Source: a virus. From it: a stretch of 64,000 bases of DNA. Every line of letters begins with the position of its first letter. The first letter of the stretch is position 1. The notes under the pieces were generated by a model, which was given only the letters and a program-made list of their open reading frames with translations, was not told where the DNA came from and did not search any database. Shown in pieces: positions 51,901 through 60,200 of the stretch. A program made the translations under genes and the position numbers. The stretch lies in the IMG/VR virus record IMGVR_UViG_3300035698_017305, positions 32,001 to 96,000 of that record; one strand, given 5' to 3'.

Positions 51901-54667
51901 CGCTGACCCTAGCACTGGAGTACCTACTGGCTGGGAAGAGTTCTGGCCATTGGAAGACACTCCTCCGTTCCCATACCCGCCAGCTTTAGAAGACTGGCCC
52001 CCATATACTCAGCCTGTTTTTTGGCCAGGGGCTTTGCCTCTGTCTCAAATACCGCTGCCTGTGGTTGGGGCGGGTGTTCTGCCAGACTTAAACTTGATGG
52101 TACCTTGGCCTCCTAAATCATGGACTCCCCCAGAGGATCCGCCTTGGTGGTGGCCTACTACGGGGGAAGGTGAGGCAGAAGGAGAAGGGTACGTTCAGGA
52201 GTGGCCCTGGGATCCATATGATGGGGTAAGTGCCTACCCCTCATCCACAACTGACTCTACTACAGGTTCGTCTGATGTAACTGGGGCACTCACTACCCCC
52301 TTTACTATCGAGGCTTCTATAGTTGAGCTGGATGCACTGTTCCATGACAGATCTTCCGTTGTTAACCAACTGAATGAGATCCTTAACGATGAGGCACAAC
52401 TAGGGTCTGTCATAGAATCTATAGCGACACTGGCTGGGACACCCCTCACCGATGAGGAGGTGGCTATCTGGGTTGGTATGGTGCAGTCCTTTGTAACCCT
52501 GTTCGGAGAGAATGTAGGGCTGTTAATATCAGTGTTGGGCACAGCGATTAACCTAGTGTTTGGGGTTAACATATCCTCTTGGTTAATACCCATTGTGTAC
52601 AACCTTTGGGCCCTTATGATTACAGACGGCATAGGTACGGACACGTCCCAACTACTAGAGCTGGTTGAAGCGATGGGCATTGACCCTTCCCTCATCCCAG
52701 GACTTGAGGATCTGGAACTTGACTTCACTGTGCCTCCTGAGACTGTCAAGTATGCGTTTGAGCAGATCAAAGACTTGCTGTTCCCTGCATACTCAGTAGG
52801 AACACCGGCCCGTGGGTACCTACGTACTTACTTTATGAACCCCACCACGGTTCAGTTCGAGGGTAAGCACGCGTGGCCTTCACTGTTTATGACTGAGGTA
52901 GCTGGCGCTCCCAAGTTCTTTGCTGCTGATAATAGTGAAGACCCTTACGACCTCGTTCCTCCTAGAGATGAGGATGGCGGGGCGCTGGATACTGCATTAC
53001 CCCGGGACTTGGTTGTAGTTAACCCTCTCGAAGGCATACTTAAGTTGACAGACCTGTCCAACCCGACGCTGTTGGAGCGGGGAGTGCTAGCCGGTACTGA
53101 CCGGATTGAAATACACGAACAGGTGTTCATTAACACCGAGCTTAGAGGACCATATGCACAGGGTTACTTAGGTGTAGCCGGTGTGTTGACCACTGCTGGG
53201 TCTACTGAGGTAGAAATACCCGTCGGTTGCCCTCAGACATTTACCCCAGATAACAAGGGGGATTTACTCTTCATAGAAGATGGAGATGACGAGGGCGGCT
53301 ACGTTGTCACTCAGTGGGTGAACTCTAGGACAGTAGTGTTGGACAGGGAGATGTCTAAGACGTCAGTCCAAGGGGCAAAGATAGGCCAGGGCGTGGTCAT
53401 GTTTGACGCGGACGAAGAGACCAACCTTGTCATTGGTGATGCTGTGTTTGACGCCGGAGACGTGGGTCTGTACATCACTGTATGGGGAGGGGTAGAGCCA
53501 GAGATGGACGGTACCTTCCTCGTCACAGCGGTTGGGGAAGATCTAGATACCCTAACCGTTACTAGATCTAGTGGTAACTTCCCTGAAATTACTGCGGGTA
53601 TGACAGAAGATGAGATGAACGTCTACAGTGTGTGCTGGGTTATCCACTCAGCCCCTGAAGACGACCCCATCCCCACGTCTGGTGGGGGTACTGAGTTGTA
53701 CGCCGTCCAACCGTTCAGGCTGTACAGAAAGGTACCCAAGACCTATGACATCCTTACCATCGACACCACGTTGGATCTGGATGCATCCACCTTCTCAGTA
53801 CAGAATGCTGGGAGAGGTGCCCTCACAACCCAAGTAAGGCCCAGTGACTACTGCCCTTACCGTGTGGTTAGACCGTTTGTTCAGAGGATTAGTGCCACGG
53901 AGATGGCTAATAACCGCACCATAGGAGACATGTACTACTTCGACGTCATGGTTTACTCACTATCTCATGACCCGTCTGTGAACTTGGATGAAGCTACTAG
54001 GTTCGAACCTATAGTGGGCACCTACTCATCAGATGGATGGAGAGCAGAGGTAGAGGACACTAAGTACACATTCTCTACGTTGGAAGAGCCCAGTGTGGTG
54101 CTGAGCTCACAGGTCCTCCCTAGCGGTAGCCCGGATAGCGGAGAGAACTATATCCAGTTGTTGGATCAGAGTATCCAGATCAACTATGACCGATCACCAG
54201 TGGTAGCTACTATCCAGAACTTACTTACGTCCCGACAGGACAGGGTAATAGACTGTAGCCCACTGGCTAGGCACTTCCTGCCATCGTATGTAACGGTCCG
54301 GAAGACCTATACTGGGGGCAGTGAGTCCAACGTTGTGGCGAAGTCCGTTGTTGACTACATCAATGGTCGTGGGGCTATTGATCCTATTCAAATGGACGAA
54401 GTAGAGGACCTGATTAAGAAGACAGGATCTAACCACATCACTCAAGAGTCTTGGATCATATCGTTGACCCATGACTTGGACCGTAGGATTGTGGGCAACA
54501 GAACCAGAGATATGATAGGAGGCTCCGAGCCCTTCTACTTCAAGGGTTCTAACAGGATCTCGTACTTCATAGCTGGTGAGGACATCAGTGGGGTTGACTT
54601 GGACGAGGTAGGGGACGATGCGGTAGTGTTTATGGACCGCTCTCCGGGAGCAATCTCATTTAGATAA
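48971..54667 (+). CDS. giant baseplate J/gp47 (T4 gp6)-like protein with large insertions
   Basis: 'RDKGARSTGTARVYF', 'FDIQVVAEQAGTSYN', 'NLTDIAGGLDEQ', 'ERSLNTFRGI'; C-terminal 'VAKSVVDYIN'. Confidence 0.75.
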   Translation: MATDMKQFLEELLGAFSPDLDLSEGSPAQEELINPIISRMGTDPLDTDTYAFIKDRLSREYPELALGDQEALTDFMVKPLTILMEPFKNSINRIKQGQTLRDPSVLTSSDVDNLVANQFLTRDKGARSTGTARVYFRAPTFAEVTPYNQLLSDTGLTFLPTEFQSITAESMALNRESRAKYYFDIQVVAEQAGTSYNLTPGKLQSIDGLPQATGLTNLTDIAGGLDEQPPSDFAAEAERSTTERSLNTFRGIYTRIMDDYPNVRSVEVVGYNDPEMERDEIRADNRPFTMLSGFCIILYDLVVFVSEFGDLGPGGLYRIEAGDTFKMSYSDIFYKGMAWADRSEELEIERVYFSLLDFLPNMVGPSVHIFKLSTLPSVDASVMLNSVAGWGLIQKDMTPNITLSDIPGGLTYESTRNGSPMVDSNAIHIGGHSDVYVRPYTTMTDTLTVSNILGLYPEKNGEDMILTTGSNVVSVAESETNADFDFTETVSPSMGIKIYGVGTYKVLAVTATSLVLDAEMPATRTGVRYRAFSDIDVSLTENKQLLYPPDGANDAVGLRTDVGSDVVRLPINPRLYGAVVGDTIEITSGLDQGFYSIVEFIDNSRVEISGSTGSTDTTTFKLFKPLDNITLPLVRIKDVDLLDTTAQPTGLKIPYAYPVDTRNTRSFGGAKTKGEAAAGFVLPELKFWDDSIVPSGLTNLAAASSIWPDEEPAGWPEMLPWPPPTIGAWFGFTVPMLTVGPGGIGFEYATDTATLLDPKLACCEDGIPVVMLIPGSGIIDGNDDYQFSFVEVCFPNAVWDGESNVFIGLPDVPWGSIAKYFDAINTSVGDEVYAPPFPDIPRNPLKDAVAGDILTVKSGLVEGSYKIKKAYCLPFHLGDVVDYLYGIPAKPDWYPSWQVWPPIWTPSDDDPEPDWWAKLVAAQYDEADYDSTQYALLTQWPPIYPPLTSDPPWWDADVAGGAAVTFIPEFGGSGWPTADPSTGVPTGWEEFWPLEDTPPFPYPPALEDWPPYTQPVFWPGALPLSQIPLPVVGAGVLPDLNLMVPWPPKSWTPPEDPPWWWPTTGEGEAEGEGYVQEWPWDPYDGVSAYPSSTTDSTTGSSDVTGALTTPFTIEASIVELDALFHDRSSVVNQLNEILNDEAQLGSVIESIATLAGTPLTDEEVAIWVGMVQSFVTLFGENVGLLISVLGTAINLVFGVNISSWLIPIVYNLWALMITDGIGTDTSQLLELVEAMGIDPSLIPGLEDLELDFTVPPETVKYAFEQIKDLLFPAYSVGTPARGYLRTYFMNPTTVQFEGKHAWPSLFMTEVAGAPKFFAADNSEDPYDLVPPRDEDGGALDTALPRDLVVVNPLEGILKLTDLSNPTLLERGVLAGTDRIEIHEQVFINTELRGPYAQGYLGVAGVLTTAGSTEVEIPVGCPQTFTPDNKGDLLFIEDGDDEGGYVVTQWVNSRTVVLDREMSKTSVQGAKIGQGVVMFDADEETNLVIGDAVFDAGDVGLYITVWGGVEPEMDGTFLVTAVGEDLDTLTVTRSSGNFPEITAGMTEDEMNVYSVCWVIHSAPEDDPIPTSGGGTELYAVQPFRLYRKVPKTYDILTIDTTLDLDASTFSVQNAGRGALTTQVRPSDYCPYRVVRPFVQRISATEMANNRTIGDMYYFDVMVYSLSHDPSVNLDEATRFEPIVGTYSSDGWRAEVEDTKYTFSTLEEPSVVLSSQVLPSGSPDSGENYIQLLDQSIQINYDRSPVVATIQNLLTSRQDRVIDCSPLARHFLPSYVTVRKTYTGGSESNVVAKSVVDYINGRGAIDPIQMDEVEDLIKKTGSNHITQESWIISLTHDLDRRIVGNRTRDMIGGSEPFYFKGSNRISYFIAGEDISGVDLDEVGDDAVVFMDRSPGAISFR

Positions 54668-54968
54668 CTGAGTGGGACAATACCAGTCCGGTGTGTGGGT
54701 CCGATGTGGCTCCACACTCCTGGCACTTACCAACGAAGTTGGGCAATATGGCCCCAGTTTTAAACGGGGTTACAGGATGAAGGACTTTTGACACAGGACC
54801 ACCGCACACAGTGCAGGATACCTGGGCGAAGAAAGCTTCTTCTTTCTCCACTTCAGGGGTTATAATGTCTTCAACTCCGTCTACGAGTTCCGCAAACTCT
54901 GATGGTGGTTTTGGTGGCAAATTATAATCCATGGACACAGGATAAACAATGTACTTGGTAAATGTCAA
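54660..54968 (-). CDS. zinc-ribbon hypothetical protein
   Basis: SCTVCG...KCQECG; likely start MDYNLPP. Confidence 0.6.
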   Translation of the reverse strand: MTFTKYIVYPVSMDYNLPPKPPSEFAELVDGVEDIITPEVEKEEAFFAQVSCTVCGGPVSKVLHPVTPFKTGAILPNFVGKCQECGATSDPHTGLVLSHSVI

Positions 54969-57201
54969 TCCTCAATCTGTAATAGTTAACGATCCGGATG
55001 TCCGGTTCTCCTTTTCAGTGCGCCCTGATTCTATATCTCAAGCCGTTACCTTGGCCGGAGTGTCTTTCCCTCATGGTAAGGCCAAAGACTTCTATAACCC
55101 GGCACTAGGATACCCAGAAGACATAGACTCTCCGTTCGGATACTCCGCATCACTCGGTAGCTTTAACGATTTTGCAACCGAACCTTCCTCTCCTAATGAA
55201 ATTGTTCGGGTTGTAAGTGAAAATTCGGATGACCCCTCTCTGGTAATGTATAACGGCCCCAATGATACAGAGGACCGTAATGACACCTACTATATGTTCA
55301 AGGACCAGGAGAACTTAAACGCCGGTGTGTACATGGCAGAGTTCGAGTTAGAGGTGACAGAGTATACCTCCAAAGCTTCCGCTACATACTTCCCTGCCGG
55401 GGTCCCAACAGGTTACACCGGAGTAGTATTCGGGGTTTACTGTGCACCTCTACTCACTTCTATATCTTTGTTCTTATGTGATGATGTCTTGGGAGCTGGT
55501 AAGTATGTGGCCATATCAGGTCCCCCTTCTGACTCAGGATCTAGAGAGTTCTATGAGGAGGTGGCATTTGACTGGAACCAAAACGCTAAATACATTGTGT
55601 TGTTCAACACGATAGAGAATAAGCTGGCCGTCATAGCCACCAACGCTGATCAGTCAGTGAAGATGGTGGGCGTGGCCTTGAACCTACCCCTACTACGTAC
55701 TGCTGCCACCCCACATGATCAGACAGGGTTCGGACTATACTTCGGCATCGACAACGCTGAAGAAGGTAACAGCATGACGGTGCGGGGGGCTTACTTGTAC
55801 GAAGGTGGGTTGGCTATACGGGACGGAGCTATCCAAGGAGGGTATGACTTCCGGTACATGATGGACCACACTTGTGAGTATGCCTATGGGGAATCCCCAG
55901 AGCAGGCTATCCAACCCTGGCACTTAGTTAACCTGAACCCTATTCAGATACCCGGGTTCTTGGAACTGGAGAAGGGTGAGGAAGATGGGTACATGCTCAG
56001 GGAAGAGCCTCTGTTAGACCTGAGTGAAGCAGGGTATCCTGTATTGGTAGAGACTACATTCAGAGCGTCGTCATCTAACTGGCCGACCACCAAGTTCACT
56101 GGAGTGGCCATAGTTGTAGACGATGGAACTAGGTGTGTATACTTGGGTCTACTACAGAGCAGAGGCCAGAGAACCATGGCACTGACTGGTAACGACTTAG
56201 ACCTCAGGGACGATGATGCTTGGGTAGAGATATCTGGCAACGGCCACAGTTGGATGGTGCCTCATAAGCTCAGGTGGTTGATAGACCCTACGGAATCAAA
56301 GATGACTGTATTCCTTGGAGAGGATACTGAACCTTTGGGGGAAGTGGACATGGACGCCGTTGAGTTCCAGCAATCTTACTTCGGTAGGGCTGGAGTGGGT
56401 CTGGTACTACTAGGGTCTGATAATGAGTATGACTCTGAGATCAAACTCCATGTAGACTACATTAAGTACCACAAAGACCCGGTGTTTTATGACTCCCGTA
56501 AGGATGGCTTACCTCCTACCCAGTCTGAAGAGGACTTCGGGGGGACTTGGACTTACGATGGGTGGCAGGATGGCGGTGTAGGGTTTGATGACGACGAAGA
56601 CTTGTTGCTTCAGACAACTTCAGAGTCCACTCTCCCACTCAGTCTAGCTAGCACTGTACCTTCCACCGCTGCTGATGGAGGGGTGGTGTTTGAGTCACGT
56701 CTTAGAGTGTCGGCATGGAAGGACTTAGATACCAACACGTCTGACCCAGCTAACTCTATAGTTCCGTTCTTCATAGACTCCCCTGTTAGCTCAGGGTTCC
56801 GGTTAGGTTTTGTTGACCTGGGATCACGGGGTAAATACATAGCTTTGATGGACAGAGTGGTTACTTCCATCTATGATTTGAACTGGGACTACCTGTACAA
56901 GGTTAACTGGACAGAGTACCATACGTATAAGGTCATACAGGATAGGTATAACGGGCTGAAGCTATACCAAGACGGTACGCTACTAGTTACGCTGAAGGAG
57001 TCGGAGTACTCCGGTCCAAACCTGATAGAAGATGATGAATTAGCGTTGCATTTCCCAGACTTAACTGCTTCTTGTAGTGTTTTAATCTCCAGGATTTGGT
57101 ATGCTTGTTCAACAGGTCAGGATGTGTGGGTTAAACAGAAATCACCGTATGGAGAGGTAGAGGGTCACCGGATAGCCGGTATCCTTTTAGCTGAGGATTA
57201 A
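54949..57201 (+). CDS. beta-rich (lectin/ConA-like) virion protein
   Basis: 750 aa acidic aromatic beta-strand repeats such as 'HKLRWLID' and 'YHTYKVIQD'; baseplate module position. Confidence 0.5.
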   Translation: MYLVNVNPQSVIVNDPDVRFSFSVRPDSISQAVTLAGVSFPHGKAKDFYNPALGYPEDIDSPFGYSASLGSFNDFATEPSSPNEIVRVVSENSDDPSLVMYNGPNDTEDRNDTYYMFKDQENLNAGVYMAEFELEVTEYTSKASATYFPAGVPTGYTGVVFGVYCAPLLTSISLFLCDDVLGAGKYVAISGPPSDSGSREFYEEVAFDWNQNAKYIVLFNTIENKLAVIATNADQSVKMVGVALNLPLLRTAATPHDQTGFGLYFGIDNAEEGNSMTVRGAYLYEGGLAIRDGAIQGGYDFRYMMDHTCEYAYGESPEQAIQPWHLVNLNPIQIPGFLELEKGEEDGYMLREEPLLDLSEAGYPVLVETTFRASSSNWPTTKFTGVAIVVDDGTRCVYLGLLQSRGQRTMALTGNDLDLRDDDAWVEISGNGHSWMVPHKLRWLIDPTESKMTVFLGEDTEPLGEVDMDAVEFQQSYFGRAGVGLVLLGSDNEYDSEIKLHVDYIKYHKDPVFYDSRKDGLPPTQSEEDFGGTWTYDGWQDGGVGFDDDEDLLLQTTSESTLPLSLASTVPSTAADGGVVFESRLRVSAWKDLDTNTSDPANSIVPFFIDSPVSSGFRLGFVDLGSRGKYIALMDRVVTSIYDLNWDYLYKVNWTEYHTYKVIQDRYNGLKLYQDGTLLVTLKESEYSGPNLIEDDELALHFPDLTASCSVLISRIWYACSTGQDVWVKQKSPYGEVEGHRIAGILLAED

Positions 57202-57202
57202 G

Positions 57203-60200
57203 ATGGCAGACCACGAATTCGTACAATATTCAGTAGCTTCCCCATCTTCAGCTCCAGTAGCTCGTCTTCTTCCAGCTTCAGTGTCTATACTGCTGGGGGA
57301 AGTGGTTAGACTGGTAGGAACACATAGCCAAGCCCCTTCTGGGGGAACCCTAACCTACGGGTGGTCATTTACAAAGACACCTACGGGAAGTTCAGTTTCT
57401 CTCCATGGATTCAGAGAAGAGTTTGCTGACCCTGGGGTGGTCACCTTTGTCCCTGATCTACCGGGAGAGTATGAAGTACAACTGGTAGTATCGTCGGGCG
57501 GGGTAGACTCCCTACCTGCCTACTGCACAGTGGGTACGAGATCTGCACACTCCGGTATAGGTTATGGAGGCCCTGATGCTTCCTTCATGTGGAAGTACCT
57601 GTCAGATACGTGGCAGTTGATGCCTGACAAAGAGTACATTACCTCTACGTGGTCCGCTTACATTCAGATGCTGGCCGCTGATACACAGAGGATGTACCAG
57701 ATTGATGCTAATAAGTCTATCCACACTGCACCTAACCTGTATCAGAGGCGGTGGCTGGCTTACTCTACCCATATTGATTTGCAGGCTAGTGACGTAGAGC
57801 TAGTGTTGGGTAACACTGCCGCCGGTATAACTGGCGCGTCGGGGTATCTTGGGCAGCAAGGTATCGGAATCGTTGTGTCCAACTCGGAGATGCTGGTTGC
57901 GGAAGGAGCTGTATCTGAGTTAGTGCCTAGCAATTCCATCTCTTTCCCAGACCGTAGTGTTGAATATGATGTAGCCCGGGTTAACCCCACCAGGACAGGG
58001 TACATTATTAAGCGTAGTGATTCGTTTGCAGATGAGTTTAAGGGCAGTGGGCAGTACAGGGTGGGAGCCACTCTATCCGCCACCATATACAGAGACAACG
58101 GACAGGATATAGTTGACAGCTCAGGGTTCCTTATCACCGACGTAGGTCTGTGGGTATGGGTTGAGTCTGTTGAGTTCTCTGGTCTGGCGCTGGTAACATC
58201 AATAGATGGGGACAAAGCATACGTATCATCCCAAACTGCATTCCCTGCCACGGCTGTTGCGGTCACTGCAAAAAGATATGTTGGTAACAACTTCTCTCCA
58301 CAGTATCCGGAGACTGCCTACACTAATGTGTTGAGGGCCCCTTACGGTGACTTTGATTTCACCACCTTAGGTGTGGGGGCAGGCAGACTAATCAGGTTTG
58401 GTAATTTAACCCATACAGTACAGCGGGTGTTCAACGAGCTCAACCAGAGCCCCTTACCCGTTACAGTAGCTTTGTTGGATCAGTCCGAAGCCCCCTCCGA
58501 CTTACAAGATCAGGTGTGGAGGGTGCCTCACGTCCTTCGAGTAGAGGGTATGGACTTTGAGGAGCTGGGAGTTTCTTATGGTGACTTGTTAGTAGGTGAG
58601 CTTACCCGTCTAGACACAGGAGCCCACACGGAGATCAACCTCTTCGTGACAGGTGCCTCTGGGGACAGGATTGGGTTTGAGCTGGGAACATCTACTCTAT
58701 CTAACACCGTATCCGGCTCATTCTCTGCGACTGAGATCGTTAAGATAGCTACTGACTTAGGCATAGACACAGTAACCCCAGCCCTTGACGGGTCCCTTGT
58801 CTACACGAATGAGGCCAGAGAGATACGTGAGATCGTAACTTCTGAATTGTTTGGGCGCACCCACTACAATACTGAGATATCTGTGTTGGATGTTGGGGAA
58901 TTCCAAGTAAGCTTGAAGGCTATTAGGTTAGTACGTAACTCACGTATCCCTGTGGACTCAGATCTACGTAGCGTACCGTCCCTACAGGAAGTTATCGAAC
59001 CGCCAGACGTAGTGGAGAGGGAAGGCACCTTCTATGTAGACAGAGGAGACTGGGGTCTGTACGAGATGGACAGAGAACCTGTCAGGCTCCTAGAGAATGA
59101 AGACTTTATCATTGATTTCTTAGCTGGGTTTACCGGCTGGGGTGCAGTCACTATCATGGAGTCTGATGTAGTTACCATTGAGTCTGGTAACCTGATCCAG
59201 CGAGGGGTTATCCCCGGTGACTCCCTATACCTGCTAGAGACAGAGGTGGCGGGTGATTACAAGATCCTTGAGGTCCTGTCCGATACCGAAGTTAGAGTGG
59301 ACGCACCACTACTGTCAGACCAAGCCGGTATTTTATACAGAGTAGATAGAGCAGAGGAGGGTACCTACCTTAGGTTTAACGACCTGCTACTGACTCCTTC
59401 TAACCCGGCCCCTGAGAGATGGTGGGCTGAGATGTCCCTGTTCGACAACAGCGTGGCCATAGAGGATAACTTCGGTTACCCACTGGGTGTGCTGAGAGAG
59501 GACATGCCAGAGTCTGAAGCGGCGGTGTCGTACATGTCTGCTATCCGTGGACTTATGTTCGCCTCATCCTATGGACCACACGTTCATAACCTCAGGATAG
59601 GTGCTCAGATACTGTTGGGGCTACCAGTGGCAGAGGTTAGGGGTATCATCGCATCCATCGACAAGGTGTATGAGATCAATCCCTACACCAATGAGCCTAG
59701 GTTTGGACGGATGGTTCTGGAAGATGTTGATGACAATGACCAGCCCCTTGGGAAACTGAGGCCATACATATTCCCCTACCAAGGTAATCAGGTACTGGAA
59801 TACTACAATAGCATGGGGTACTCCCCATCTGCTGACGACGTGGCCTATGAAGGGATCGTAGCCGGGGTTGAAACTAACCCAGCCACAGACCTTGAGTACG
59901 CCGTGGGTGATGTAGTAGAAGCCCTGGCCCCGCTGTGTACTGGGGTTGAAGTGTACGACTACATCGAGGACCCAGACTGGTGGGTACCCGTGGTCGGCTC
60001 CGGTATATATGACTCTGAGCTCATGAAGTATCACAACTTCTTGGTTAGAGCTGACGTTGACATATCAGACACCAACAACCTACCAGTGCTGGTTGAATAC
60101 CTACGTGGTATTGCTAGGCCAGCTCACAAAGATGTACTGGTTGTAGCTAGTAAGCATGTAGTGGATACAGTTGAGGTCAAAGACAATGTTGATATCAATC

